Under the pieces are notes generated by a model. The model was not told where the DNA came from, did no database searches, and saw only the letters and a program-made list of their open reading frames with translations. Of a DNA stretch of 64,000 bases, positions 30,901 to 40,814 are shown one piece after another. Source of the DNA: Planctomycetota bacterium (GTDB lineage Bacteria > Planctomycetota > UBA8108 > SXIK01); the NCBI GenBank assembly GCA_965223265.1, contig OZ244999.1, positions 7,232,001-7,296,000 on the forward strand, in the 5' to 3' direction. Position 1 is the first letter of the stretch. Every line of letters begins with the position of its first letter. The translations under genes were made by a program, and so were the position numbers.

Positions 30901-31593
30901 ATCGAGGCTCTGCCCGGACCCTTCAATAGTGGAAAAGCTCTCAGCATAAAGCAGCCGCAGCGGAGTGCATAGAGCGACGAGCGCGCGCACTTCAGGATGC
31001 CCGGAGATCGATCCAAGGACGACGAAGATGAAAATGGCTCCTGGAACTCCGAGCCATTCGCGCTCGGCAACACAGCAGCCGAGAGTTACGGCTATGATGA
31101 CGTTCCCGTAGATGAGCAGAAGACCGTAGCTCTGAAACACCTCAGACCACGACACGCCACCGAACGAATGCGCCACGGCAGAAAACGGTAACGACACGAG
31201 AAGTAACTGCGCGGCGTAGACAAGAGCGAAGACCCAATTGCCGAAAGTCATTCGCAGCGGCGAGATTCCGGTCACGACAACCTGGTCGAATGCACGTCCA
31301 GCACGCGGCCCCTCGATGTGCCCGGCGACCCGCAGCGGCAAGAGAAGAGTCAACAGCCCGAATGCAAGCGACGTGTGTGCCAGGTGAAACAAGGCCCCGA
31401 GCATACCACCGCTGACGCGACCACCAGACTCCAAGAGAATGAGAAGGATTCCTCCATCGACGATGCCATACGCGAGCACGACCAGAGAAAAAACCATGGC
31501 CATCTTGCCCGCGGTGAGTCCTACCGCAAGCTCACGCGCCACCAACGGGTGATCGAAGAAGCTGCGCCTTATCGACGCGAAGTTCCAGCTCAC
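27934..31593 (-). CDS. Large membrane protein: ABC-2-type permease region fused to a glutamine-amidotransferase-like soluble domain and further TM helices
   Basis: HPLVAREL start; many TM helices in the N-terminal half; LPES..YEGVSAVVI..Q.RALLDFVRLGGTLV; coupled to the ABC ATPase. Confidence 0.7.
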   Translation of the reverse strand: MSWNFASIRRSFFDHPLVARELAVGLTAGKMAMVFSLVVLAYGIVDGGILLILLESGGRVSGGMLGALFHLAHTSLAFGLLTLLLPLRVAGHIEGPRAGRAFDQVVVTGISPLRMTFGNWVFALVYAAQLLLVSLPFSAVAHSFGGVSWSEVFQSYGLLLIYGNVIIAVTLGCCVAEREWLGVPGAIFIFVVLGSISGHPEVRALVALCTPLRLLYAESFSTIEGSGQSLDLTPIVLGQEVPVALYTAILWVVIAAPFLVLVVFGPAHDFVAGLNVFGSVQAPGTEKRRRVFRRLRAALTRRVEVAFYYENQPAWCQRWEFLARVGIGCVCVLAVWVICASFVPPNRGWSFSQDSGFHLPFLFMQITFVAWILSLGQTKSRMAYRVRLGGRFMRRGLVHDACFLLLASCLFLLCLLIDSTRLAPTSGGSQSYSVYEGRLHNYVLATLIALSQLYLFGRLTLKPISNPGAWRGLMFFGVFVVAFAPLILTAILQELVSLERVSPLLSWPAFASPFSLFQRDFAWDERFFRFVVVHLVFAGLQVSLGLMWMARFRREATKAPRTNEVGAGATVLLIALGTMIVSARTARAQNAPDALRRAGVDLVEITRGFDGVVFEASTDFYTLVVANRSPDTVRVVVRFADYSDPGVESEVGAQTTSTLRLEGGSAGRSLTWPGAPVQLEVHAGDAAHLFEVAPARVLIAAEESFLLVSENGDRAYEWASARAQRDEFRSVRPSVLPESALHYEGVSAVVIGDVDLSRRTTAQRRALLDFVRLGGTLVLTSDVRIDALQRDPDWGEVWASATERLESTDFGDFKLIRFDDGEEHSLELAGSGGTPSTEVTVISRRDVGFGSICHLAFSPMGRLPPAESLTKRFWSQLSGTIPRSQFPVSFQARNRRLPDSPQALGSAMVFYGIYLLLIGPCLLLVFRGRQRRVRLWIYVVALPIIFALLTPLLQAVIHSHSSFGSEDVLEYVPARGQAGAIAQIRLRSSGRQRHRLEVVGRDVSTFDESWSSVEARSEAAEHRMIQLDVVPWGRGSANALAWSDRPRGATAHATALPNGQIQVTASGIESATGGVFAAAFVFGDGVSEDARTVPLVGGTLKVKLRTAKRSSTRSQRNVSRLGRTLDDRGDIVWGGSRIRIGSRGERGPVVYLLWEASRRGGALRTQSDEVSFRRSLSVTGELQREQLLSQPQVIEESGELYESFRRRFILMEVPVTQAE

Positions 31594-32783
31594 GAAACGA
31601 TTCCTCTGGTTCGTTCAAGAAAGAGCGCTTCCAGATCGTGTCTCTCGCGCGAGTAGGCGATCACCTCGATGCCAGCTTCAACCATGACGCTCAAAACACG
31701 GTTGCCGATCAGGTCGGCGCCGCCTCCATCAGACTTGCGATCGTCCGAGTTGACCTCAGTCGCCTGTGCGTCAGCCTCTCCAGCTTCGGCCGCAGCAGCT
31801 TCGGCCGCAGTAGCGACAGCTTCGCCATGCTGCGAGTCGCCACCGCGCTCGGGAGTCAGTTCCAACACGAGACGCCCGTCTTCACCGGTGACGACGTGCG
31901 TCACGTACTCGAGATTCTCGAGCAGCTTCGCCGCGGCGGCGACGCTCGGCTCGGGCACGGTGAGGACGACGCGGAGGGTGGTACCGCTCTCCTTAGTGGT
32001 GTCGATCGACCCGGTCCAGACGAGAGCCCCCTCTTCAACGATCGCGACGTCGGTGCAGATTTCCTCGAGATCAGCCAGAATGTGGCTCGAAATCACGATC
32101 GTCTTTCCCATACGCCCCAGCTCCGTAAGCAGCGATCTAATCTCGATGCGAGCGCGAGGATCCAAACCGCTCGCGGGCTCGTCGAGCACCAAAATCTCAG
32201 GGTCATGGACTAACGTCTTGGCGAGTGAGAGGCGCTGCTTCATTCCCGTAGAAAGTGACGTTGTGAGCTCGTCTCGCACCTGGGTCAAGTCGGTGAGCGT
32301 CAAGACGTCCTCAACGCGGCGCTTCAAGTCAGGGCCACGGCGATTGTAGGCGCGCCCGAAGAATCCGAGGTATTCCTCACACGTCAGGCCGCGAAAGACG
32401 CCGAAAGCATCGGGCATGTAGCCGATGAACGGTCGGACCTCGCGGACGTCTTTCTTCAAGTCGTGGCCAAGCATCCGTACGTCGCCACAGTCGGGCTTGA
32501 TCAACGTCGCCATCATCTTCAACGTCGTCGTCTTGCCGGCACCGTTTGGCCCGATCAATCCAAACACGCTGCCCCTAGGCACAACGAGATCGACGTTGTC
32601 GACAGCAACTTTGCTGCCGTAGCGCTTCGTCACACCAGAGAGCACCACCGCGGCCTCATCGGTGCAAGCATCGCTGTCGGATTCATCGAGAGCTGTGCAA
32701 ACTGCCTCGTCCGTCAATTTCCTACGCCTTCTGTCTTTGTACGCCTCTCTACGTCTTTGACCAAATCTCTCGAACGCGGTCAA
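31590..32783 (-). CDS. ABC transporter ATP-binding protein
   Basis: [34 protein letters not shown]. Start uncertain. Confidence 0.95.
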   Translation of the reverse strand: MTAFERFGQRRREAYKDRRRRKLTDEAVCTALDESDSDACTDEAAVVLSGVTKRYGSKVAVDNVDLVVPRGSVFGLIGPNGAGKTTTLKMMATLIKPDCGDVRMLGHDLKKDVREVRPFIGYMPDAFGVFRGLTCEEYLGFFGRAYNRRGPDLKRRVEDVLTLTDLTQVRDELTTSLSTGMKQRLSLAKTLVHDPEILVLDEPASGLDPRARIEIRSLLTELGRMGKTIVISSHILADLEEICTDVAIVEEGALVWTGSIDTTKESGTTLRVVLTVPEPSVAAAAKLLENLEYVTHVVTGEDGRLVLELTPERGGDSQHGEAVATAAEAAAAEAGEADAQATEVNSDDRKSDGGGADLIGNRVLSVMVEAGIEVIAYSRERHDLEALFLERTRGIVS

Positions 32784-32927
32784 CTCCGTCGGGATAAGAA
32801 GTACAATAGAACGTCGGGGACGTTGGATGTTTCTTTCAGAAACTTCGAAGATTATGTAGTCTGCTCTGCAATTTGTAAAATGTCCTGCCGTGCATCGAAA
32901 TCGTCCGGGCTCCGAGAAAATGGATCC

Positions 32928-33914
32928 ATGAAGAAACTCTCGATCGACGATGTCGACCTAGTCCTCACCGAACCGGTCGATCAGGAGGTGCGTTGGATCG
33001 GTCAAGATGAGCTCATCGAGCAGGTCCTCGCCTCGTGGCTCGTCGTTGACGAAGCGGATTTACCGCTCTGCCCGCGACTCATTGGCAAGCCCGGGGTCGG
33101 CAAGACGACGCTTGGACAGGCCGCCGCGCGTGCAATCGACGCGGACGTCTACATCCAACAGTGCACGATGGACACTCGGCCCGAAGACCTGCTCGTGACG
33201 CCGGTACTGGCGCAGAGCGGGCAGATCTCCTATCACGCCAGCCCGCTCGTCTCCGCCATGGTGCGAGGCGGGGTCGTGATCCTCGACGAAGCGAATCGCA
33301 TGAGTGAGAAGTCGTGGGCCTCGCTAGCTCCCCTGCTGGACCATCGGCGCTACGTCGACAGCGTTGTTGCCGGCGTCCGCATCGAAGCGAGCCCCGAGTT
33401 TCGCGCCTGCGTCACCATGAACGACGATGCGTCCACCTTCGAAGTGCCAGACTACATGCTGTCGCGCATTCAACCGACGGTTCAGGTCGAGTTTCCGGAG
33501 CGCGAGGACGAACTCAGGATTCTCAAGTATCATCTGCCGTTCGCGCCGCGGGAGATCGTTGAACTCACCGTCGATTTTCTCCAGGGCGGCCACCAGTTCG
33601 GCCTCCCATATTCGACACGCGATGGAATCAACATCATGCGCTTCGCACTGAAGACGCACACCCAAGCCGCCAAGAAGAAAGGACAGCGCTCCGCGAGCTC
33701 GAAAACCCGCAAGCGCTCGACGTCGACGGAGGCCGACTGGAAGGCGACTTTCGATGCCGCCGTCCGTGCCGTCCTCGGACCAGATGCTCACGACTTCGAA
33801 AAGCACGCCCTCAAGCAGGAGGTCCCCAGCTACCTTGATCTGCGAGAGTTCTTTGACACGCTGAAGGAAGTCGACGACGAAGAACATGACGGCGACGAAA
33901 CCACTGGCTCTTGA
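32928..33914 (+). CDS. AAA+ ATPase (MoxR/AAA_5, CbbQ/NirQ-like)
   Basis: [23 protein letters not shown]. Likely start MKKLSIDD at 32928. Confidence 0.9.
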   Translation: MKKLSIDDVDLVLTEPVDQEVRWIGQDELIEQVLASWLVVDEADLPLCPRLIGKPGVGKTTLGQAAARAIDADVYIQQCTMDTRPEDLLVTPVLAQSGQISYHASPLVSAMVRGGVVILDEANRMSEKSWASLAPLLDHRRYVDSVVAGVRIEASPEFRACVTMNDDASTFEVPDYMLSRIQPTVQVEFPEREDELRILKYHLPFAPREIVELTVDFLQGGHQFGLPYSTRDGINIMRFALKTHTQAAKKKGQRSASSKTRKRSTSTEADWKATFDAAVRAVLGPDAHDFEKHALKQEVPSYLDLREFFDTLKEVDDEEHDGDETTGS

Positions 33915-34031
33915 CGCAATCGCCGACACGCAGTGCAAACCGTGGCTGCGAGTCAACTCGAACGTTGACAAGAGAACTGCGCACGCGAAATCCGAAGTCG
34001 CAGATGTCGACCCGCAGGACGTGAGACGAAG

Positions 34032-36047
34032 ATGAAGGAGCTTCGCGTCAGCGACAATACCCTCTGGTGGGGCAACATCGCGTTCGTCCCGTCGATTCAC
34101 GGCCGCGCAGCGTTCGCCCGCGAGACACGTCGACTTTTCTTGTCGCAACGCTTCTCCGCCGTCGCGGTGGAGCTACCAGACTCTCTCATGGAGCAGGTGA
34201 TCGAAGGTGTCGAGCGCCTTCCCGAGATCCACATCGTCTCGTACGAGGAGACCGACGGGACCCGCTGCTTCTTCCCAATCGATCCTTGCGATTCGATCGT
34301 GGAAGCGATTCGTCTCGGGCTGCGGGAGCACTGCGAAGTCGTTTGTATCGACTGCGACGTCGACTCCTTCGAGCGACGTGAGGCGATTCTACCGGACCCC
34401 TACGCCGTGCAGTCGATCGGCTTGGCGCGTTACTACTTAGCCGTCGAGCCCTACCTCTCGCTCCCCGACCCCGGCTCGGTTGACGACCGACGCGAGCGCT
34501 TCATGGCGCTGCAACTGCGCGCGCTGATGGAGCGACACTCCCAACCCATCCTCTGTGTACTCGGTCTGTCGCATCTTCAGAGCGTCGCTCGTCACCTCGC
34601 AGAACGCGACAACAGTCGCGATGGAATCGACGCGGAGCGTGAAGCGTTGCTGCAGGGGTTGCCACCAGCACGCGTTGACCTCAACCCCGTCGCCGAGTCG
34701 TCGCTCTACCATCTCCTCGGGGAGCTACCATATATCACGCGCCGTTGGGAGGCTCGCCGAGGTGAGGTGACGCTCGAAGAGTTCGAGATCACTGAAGAGC
34801 TCAAGCTGATGCTGCTTGCTGCGCGCGATCGGTATCACGGGCGCCACGGTGAAGAGTATGAGCGCATCTCGACAGCCTCGTTTCAGATGATGCTCCAACT
34901 TCTACGCAATCTTTGCCTACGCGAAGGGCGCCTCACCCCGATGCTCTACGAGATCACTCTTGCAGCACGCGGCTTCGGAGGAAACGCTTTCGCGCTGGAA
35001 GTCATCGAGACCGCGAGGCGATACTCCGAGGAGGTCGACCGTGAGGCGTGGGATAGCGACACCGTTGACAGTGGCAATGAGGAGCTGGTTGAACGCGACG
35101 ATCCGGATCTATTCATGATCAACGATTTCGACGTCGCCGCAGATCGTGAAGGCGAGATCTCGAACCTCAGCCTCGCTGGTCACGAATTCCGCGAGAAATT
35201 TGACGGTGCCGTCGAGATGACGGAAGACCGCATCGCCTGGGATGGCAAGTTCGTCTCGGCTAAGAAACGATTTGAGGACGTAGCCAAGATCTGGAAACGC
35301 CTCAAGCTCGAACGACGCCCGACTCGCATCGAAAAGCGGCGCTGGCAAACGGCATGGGACCCGAATGAATCCTGTTCCTGGGAACCCGAAGATCGCCTCG
35401 TCGAACAATTCGCGGGCAGAGTTCGCCAGCGCGCGATCACCGAATGCAGCGTCGCGCAGGAACGCATAGAGGAGTTCACCACCTCGTTCAAAGATGGCCT
35501 ACACCTTCGAGAGTCGCTTCGACAACACCATCTGCGAAAGGTTTTTGTCAAAGAGTTGCCGCCGATCCGAGGTCGAGTCGGGGCGGTCGTGATCATCTAC
35601 GAGAAGCCGGATGCGGCCAAATTTCCGTGGCGTCTCACGTGGTTCTCGGAGCACGAATGGGAGAGCACGCTGTCGTTTTACGCGACCGACTACCGACGGC
35701 AGCTCATCGGTCCAGGAATCGGCCGCGCCGTATACGGGGGTCAACTTTTCCTCTACCCGCCGCGCCTGATCAAGGACGTTTGGCAAGACCCCGCGTTCGA
35801 CCTCGCCCGCGACGAGGCCGAGCGACTCGTTTTCGCTGGACTCCTTCACAGCCGCGATGGCTGTATCGCCTACACGGCGGCGTCGCCACCGACGACGCGC
35901 ATGAAGGCCTACGCCGCACGCCTCGGGCGAAAGATCCTGTTTCTGCCGCTATCAAGCTTCAGCCGCAGCACTCTGCAAAAACTGCGCACGTTTCACGTGC
36001 TTAACGGCAAGCCTGTTCGCGGTTACGCGCGACAATACATCCGCTGA
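34032..36047 (+). CDS. Conserved hypothetical protein with N-terminal TraB/ChaN/YehM(DUF5682)-like domain
   Basis: PSIHG..F, AVAVELP, IDCD, RRERFMA, CVLGLSH; 671 aa directly downstream of the AAA gene. Confidence 0.7.
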   Translation: MKELRVSDNTLWWGNIAFVPSIHGRAAFARETRRLFLSQRFSAVAVELPDSLMEQVIEGVERLPEIHIVSYEETDGTRCFFPIDPCDSIVEAIRLGLREHCEVVCIDCDVDSFERREAILPDPYAVQSIGLARYYLAVEPYLSLPDPGSVDDRRERFMALQLRALMERHSQPILCVLGLSHLQSVARHLAERDNSRDGIDAEREALLQGLPPARVDLNPVAESSLYHLLGELPYITRRWEARRGEVTLEEFEITEELKLMLLAARDRYHGRHGEEYERISTASFQMMLQLLRNLCLREGRLTPMLYEITLAARGFGGNAFALEVIETARRYSEEVDREAWDSDTVDSGNEELVERDDPDLFMINDFDVAADREGEISNLSLAGHEFREKFDGAVEMTEDRIAWDGKFVSAKKRFEDVAKIWKRLKLERRPTRIEKRRWQTAWDPNESCSWEPEDRLVEQFAGRVRQRAITECSVAQERIEEFTTSFKDGLHLRESLRQHHLRKVFVKELPPIRGRVGAVVIIYEKPDAAKFPWRLTWFSEHEWESTLSFYATDYRRQLIGPGIGRAVYGGQLFLYPPRLIKDVWQDPAFDLARDEAERLVFAGLLHSRDGCIAYTAASPPTTRMKAYAARLGRKILFLPLSSFSRSTLQKLRTFHVLNGKPVRGYARQYIR

Positions 36048-36309
36048 CTTATAGCCCGCATTTCTCACAGAATCCGTAGCGAGGAGCCGCAAGTCATGTC
36101 GTGGCAAGGAAGACTTTGCGATTCGATCGCAGGCGTGCTTCCTGCACATTGAGGGTCGAATCGTGAAGTTTGACGTAGTTGAGTCCGACCGAGGAGGGAG
36201 GACGAAAGCGCGACTTGCGGCCCGCAGTAGGAACGGCACGGCGATTGAGTCCCCGCCAGAGCATGGCTTTCGCACGCAGACGCGTTGGCGCAGAATCCGG
36301 GTTCAACGT

Positions 36310-36618
36310 TCAGTTGGAATTTGGCCCGGGGGCCGCGTTGGAGCTCGGCGATTTCGCGCGCGGTTCTGCAGAACTTCGCGACTGACTACGTTCACCGCGG
36401 CCCTCACTTGCCCGGTCACGCCCACTAGCGTCGGTACTCGCTTGCAGCTCGATCTGCTGGTCGATCCAATCCTCGATCGTGGATCGACGAAACCGCCATT
36501 CCTTGCCGAACTTTGCCCCAGGAATCTTTCCCTTCTGTGCCCACTTGTAGATCGTTTGAGGCTTCAGCTTCAGGTACGCAGCTACCTCATCGATCGTTAA
36601 CATCTCGTCATCAAACAC
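36310..36618 (-). CDS. Excisionase/BldC-like helix-turn-helix (HTH_17) DNA-binding protein
   Basis: MLTIDEVAAYLKLKPQTIYKWAQKGKIPGAKFGKEWRFRR; AGGAG RBS upstream. Confidence 0.9.
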   Translation of the reverse strand: MFDDEMLTIDEVAAYLKLKPQTIYKWAQKGKIPGAKFGKEWRFRRSTIEDWIDQQIELQASTDASGRDRASEGRGERSQSRSSAEPRAKSPSSNAAPGPNSN

Positions 36619-36890
36619 GGCTCACACTCCTCATCCTTGATAAGAGTGCTCCCCGCAACCCTGAATCGATTCGAGCATGGAGCTGCATCTGAATGCTGCG
36701 CAGGCTATCGGATTTCGTCGGCTATGCACCGCGTTTCGACAACGAGACGAGATCTCTCGTTCCCATGAAGCGGCTGCCCCAGAAAGCGGCGCGGTAACCC
36801 GATGGAGACTTGGACTGAGTCGACGGACGTTCTCGTAGCGAAGACCTGGTGCACCGAAAGGCCTCATCGACCGGTCAGTTTCAACCGGCA

Positions 36891-37445
36891 CTACGCAAGG
36901 CGAGACGATGCATCCAGAGGAAGCTGAGGATCCCATCCGAAGCGCCGCCATGTCAAGCGATTCCGGCGCAGAAACTCGGCAGCCCATCGGTAGTGCGCAA
37001 GCCACTCAGTGCATGGCGCACCGAGAACCACACTAGCTGCAAAAGCGGCCTCGATACTCGCTAGGCCGGGCGCTGGATCAGCGAACAACTTCGAGACGCG
37101 CGGGTACGCGGTGCGCAGACCGGAAGGTAGCGAACGTCGCGCTGGCGGAGCCGACTCGCTAAATCGGAGACGACCAAGAACCGCAGGCACTCGCGCCCAC
37201 GTCGAGTCGATCACCAAAATCGGGCGATCGTCCGCCAAGAGTGTTCGATCCTGCACCGCCAAAGGTGGTGCGTCGAGGGCGAGCAGGAGACCTCCATCGA
37301 CGAGTCTCGGCTGTGGATCGCGCGCTGGATGGCGAAGCTCGATGAATTCACAGCCCGCGGTGCCGACAAGGGGCGATAGGGTACACTTCTTCCGATTCTC
37401 TCTATTGTCTCGAACGAAGCAGAATCGAAGCGCAGGGGTTTCCAT
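36891..37445 (-). CDS. DUF367/Tsr3-like aminocarboxypropyltransferase family protein
   Basis: ENRKKCTL, VIDSTW, RSLP..TAYPR, GLASIEA, LAHYRWAAEFL..N match the Tsr3 motif order (KKCS..DCSW..R.LP...A.P...LS..EA...F.W...FL..N). Start likely 37445. Confidence 0.75.
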   Translation of the reverse strand: METPALRFCFVRDNRENRKKCTLSPLVGTAGCEFIELRHPARDPQPRLVDGGLLLALDAPPLAVQDRTLLADDRPILVIDSTWARVPAVLGRLRFSESAPPARRSLPSGLRTAYPRVSKLFADPAPGLASIEAAFAASVVLGAPCTEWLAHYRWAAEFLRRNRLTWRRFGWDPQLPLDASSRLA

Positions 37446-37515
37446 GAGGCTATGATGCGCCGCAGATAAATCCATTCGGCTCGCCGCTGTTGGACACGCG
37501 CACGTCGGCGTAAAA

Positions 37516-40293
37516 ATGAGCATAAGTCGGTCGGTGACAATTGTCGCAGATTTTCCCGACGACCACACCGAGGCATTCGGATCTCCATCGCGTTATAGTT
37601 CTCCCCGGAGTGGAACGAAAAAACGCAGGGTGCGGTGCACGCCGCAACTCGAGGCAGAGCGAAGCGCATTGACCGCACCACGAGTCGAAGGGAATCAGCC
37701 GCCGGAATTGCCGAGGAGCGCCGGTAGGACACAGAGTCGCTCGTCGGCAACGACACCTCACGTTCTCCCATTGTCCTTACTGTGTTCGCGGCGACAGGGC
37801 TCGCTGCTCCCGCCCCCGAGTCGTGGCGCCAATGACGGAAAGCGGTCATCGCTCTCCAACGAGAGTCTGCTTTGGGTATTGGTACTGCTCGTTGCAGCCA
37901 CTGCCATCGATGCCGGAGAGGATCAGCCCGACGTCAAACGTGGTCGAACTCGTCAACCGGCTGAGGGCGCCGCAAGTCGTCCGGGAATCGAGCCTTCCGA
38001 GCCCGCCGGCGATTCACTTCGGATCGGTTCGGTCCGCTTCGCCGGCGCCAGAACGATCAACCCGAGTCGCCTCGAGCGCGTCGCTGGCCTTTCACCGGGC
38101 GATGCGTGGTCGCGCAGCCTCGGCGAAACGGCCAGGGAGCGCCTCCAGGCCTGGCCGTTCTTGATGGCCGTTTCGGGACCCTCCGTCGAACGACGTCAAA
38201 ATGGCGAGAGGCAGGTCGTAGACCTTGTCTTTCGCGTTACGGAGAGCCCGGTGGTCGCGGCAGTGAAGTTCAGGGGGAACCGCACGATCCGCGACCAAAA
38301 GCTGGGAGAACTCGCGCTCCCCATCCGAGCAGGGTCCCCCTTTCGGCAAGACCTTCTGCGCCAAAGTACCGCCGTAGTCGAACAGCTCTATCACCAGGAC
38401 GGGTTTCTGTTCGCGGGCGTGCGCGGTGAGATCACGCAGCGCGCAGACGGACGCTTGATCGTCACCATCGCGATTCGCGAGGGTCGTCGCGTCCTGCTGC
38501 GTCGGGTGATTCTTGCGGGGGCGAGCAAACTGCCACAAAGCGAGACCATGGCGTTCTTGTCGAATCGGCCACGGCGGCTCTTCGGCCTCTTGGAAGAGGG
38601 ATACTATCGCCCGGATTCGCTCAAGCATGACCTCGGCACGATCGTACAGCACTATCGCAGCCGTGGGTTTCTCGACGTGGGTGTTAGCTTCGAGGAGCTC
38701 CGCATCGCTCCAAACCTCGACAGCGTCGATCTCGTGATTCGAGTCGACGAAGGAAGACGCTGGAAATTCGAAGGCGTTGAGCTTCGTGGCAACCGCTTGC
38801 TCCCAACGTCGCTTCTCAAGAAAGTGGCGCGGCTCCCAGCCGGCGGATACTACTCGCGTGACGCTCTTGAGGCGGCCATGTCGCGCCTCTCCGTGTGGTA
38901 TCAAGATCAGGTCGGTCTGTTGCCGCAAATCGTCCCAGACCCGCAGCGCGACTTCACCTCGGGCAGCGTGAAGGTTGTCTTGCAGATCACGGAACGGGAT
39001 CACCTTTTCGTCGACGAGGTGAAGATCTCCGGGAACCGCCGCACACGAGAGCGCGTCGTTCGCCAGTGGTCACGACTCAAGCCTGGCGGACCGTTCACTG
39101 CGACTGACTTGGCGAAGTCGCTGGAGGACGTTCAGGACACCGGCCTATTCAAGACAGTCGAGGTCAACGTGTACGACGGCTCCAAGCCACGCACCAAGAC
39201 CGTCGAACTCCGCGTCGAGGAACACGACACGTTCGGTGAAATCGAAGCCGGAGGCGGTGCGTCGGCTGGTGCAGGTGAGGTGGCCTCGTTTCGGTTCGCT
39301 CACACCAACTTCGACTTGTTTCGCTTGCCACGCAGTTTGACTGACTGGCGCGGGGCGTTCACTGGGGGTGGACAGAGACTCGAGTTCTTAGCGATTCCCG
39401 GCAACAAGGAGTCGGTCTACGACTTCCGCTTCGTTGAGCCGTACTTCTTTCGCAGCAAACTGGCGTTGATGCTCGGCGTCAGTGGTAACGTCTTTTCGCG
39501 GCGTTCCTACGATGAACGCCATCTCATAACGACAGCTCGCGTTCGCGCCTTCTTCGACCGCGAGCGTCATACGTCGTTGTCGCTGGCGTACAACGTCGAC
39601 TTCGTCAAGATCGACGAATTCGAGCCGGCGACGCCAGCCGCAGTTCTCCGCGACGAAGGAACCACTCGCTTGGCCTATCCACGCCTGACGCTGGGATGGG
39701 AAGACATCGAAACGAACTATTTCTCAGGGCCGCGCGGCTTCGCGGCGTCATGGAATCTAGACTTCGCGGACAATGCAACCGGTTCGCAGCGGGACTTTTG
39801 GCGCACGGATCTCCGTCTCGACTATGCGCTCCGTCTGTTCGACAACCGACCGGACTATGCGCACACTCTGCACATAGGAGCTCGATTCGGCTGGATCGAA
39901 GATCGCGGTAGCGACGTCACACACGTCAGCGAGCGCTTCTTCCTCGGTGGGCCACGTAGCTTTCGCGGCTTTCGCTATCGCCGCTTGGGTCCAAGCCAAA
40001 ACGGCACTCCGGTCGGCGGCGCAGCCATTGTCCACGGATCGATCGATTACTCCATTCCGCTGGTGTGGCGAGAGATCCGGGCGGTCGCGGTGTTTGACTG
40101 GGGCGACATAGAAAACTCCCTCTCACGGTTGGAATCGCACCGCGTACGAACCGCCGTCGGCGGTGGTTTGCAGTTTCGATTTCAGGCTGGCGGCCTGCGC
40201 ATCCCGGCGGATCTCTACTGGGTGCAAGCCCTCTCAAGCGAGCGAGGCGATCGCGAACAGCTCTTCTCGTTCAAGCTGGGGGTGAATTTTTGA
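37516..40293 (+). CDS. BamA/Omp85-family outer-membrane protein with POTRA repeats
   Basis: Repeated F.GN POTRA motifs, ERFFLGGPRSFRGF, C-terminal FKLGVNF. True start probably about 300 nt downstream of 37516. Confidence 0.9.
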   Translation: MSISRSVTIVADFPDDHTEAFGSPSRYSSPRSGTKKRRVRCTPQLEAERSALTAPRVEGNQPPELPRSAGRTQSRSSATTPHVLPLSLLCSRRQGSLLPPPSRGANDGKRSSLSNESLLWVLVLLVAATAIDAGEDQPDVKRGRTRQPAEGAASRPGIEPSEPAGDSLRIGSVRFAGARTINPSRLERVAGLSPGDAWSRSLGETARERLQAWPFLMAVSGPSVERRQNGERQVVDLVFRVTESPVVAAVKFRGNRTIRDQKLGELALPIRAGSPFRQDLLRQSTAVVEQLYHQDGFLFAGVRGEITQRADGRLIVTIAIREGRRVLLRRVILAGASKLPQSETMAFLSNRPRRLFGLLEEGYYRPDSLKHDLGTIVQHYRSRGFLDVGVSFEELRIAPNLDSVDLVIRVDEGRRWKFEGVELRGNRLLPTSLLKKVARLPAGGYYSRDALEAAMSRLSVWYQDQVGLLPQIVPDPQRDFTSGSVKVVLQITERDHLFVDEVKISGNRRTRERVVRQWSRLKPGGPFTATDLAKSLEDVQDTGLFKTVEVNVYDGSKPRTKTVELRVEEHDTFGEIEAGGGASAGAGEVASFRFAHTNFDLFRLPRSLTDWRGAFTGGGQRLEFLAIPGNKESVYDFRFVEPYFFRSKLALMLGVSGNVFSRRSYDERHLITTARVRAFFDRERHTSLSLAYNVDFVKIDEFEPATPAAVLRDEGTTRLAYPRLTLGWEDIETNYFSGPRGFAASWNLDFADNATGSQRDFWRTDLRLDYALRLFDNRPDYAHTLHIGARFGWIEDRGSDVTHVSERFFLGGPRSFRGFRYRRLGPSQNGTPVGGAAIVHGSIDYSIPLVWREIRAVAVFDWGDIENSLSRLESHRVRTAVGGGLQFRFQAGGLRIPADLYWVQALSSERGDREQLFSFKLGVNF

Positions 40294-40774
40294 GATCACC
40301 CCTGCCCTCGAATGTGTAGACGCGCTCACCACCGAAGAGGCGCCGCTTTGCGTCCCAAGGGAAATAGATCAGCGAAGTAAACTCGACGGCCTTGCCATCT
40401 TCGAACTCACCGAGCCACGGCGCTTTCTGAATCCCGCGCGACGTCGCCTCCTCCCAAACTCCCTGCGGCCCGATCACGATCTCACTGAGGTGAAACTCGA
40501 TGTCGGGAAACGCGGTGAGCAGCTCAGTATAGAATCGCTCAGCACCTTCGTGCCCGCGCCAAATGTGCCCAGTCGGCACAATCTCGTAGATGCAGTCCTC
40601 CGTAAGCGTGGCGAGCAAACCTGGAATGTCCCGCGCATCCTCGGCGATCGAGTGCTGCTTCCAAAGTTCTCGAATCTCGCCGTAGAGCTCTGGCGTCACC
40701 GGACGGCGAAGCATCTCAAGGGCGTGAGCGCGAATGCGCCCCGCCGAGCCCTTGCCTTTGGGTTCTTCAGTCAT
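40271..40774 (-). CDS. SnoaL/NTF2-like (ester cyclase) protein
   Basis: HSIAEDARDIPGLLATL..DC.YE, FY.ELLTAFPD, GERVY. Confidence 0.8.
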   Translation of the reverse strand: MTEEPKGKGSAGRIRAHALEMLRRPVTPELYGEIRELWKQHSIAEDARDIPGLLATLTEDCIYEIVPTGHIWRGHEGAERFYTELLTAFPDIEFHLSEIVIGPQGVWEEATSRGIQKAPWLGEFEDGKAVEFTSLIYFPWDAKRRLFGGERVYTFEGRGDLKNSPPA

Positions 40775-40814
40775 AGGTCACGTACCTCCGCAACGCGCGC
40801 GCTCCGGCGCCATG

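Noticed and set aside
32463-32927. N-terminal 155 aa of the AAA ORF as called in the track
   Set aside because: Overlaps the divergent ABC ATPase; AAA-like sequence starts at Met 32928.
36310-36618. Excisionase-like gene as a sign of a prophage or ICE
   Set aside because: No integrase, att site or phage genes nearby; more likely a stand-alone regulator.
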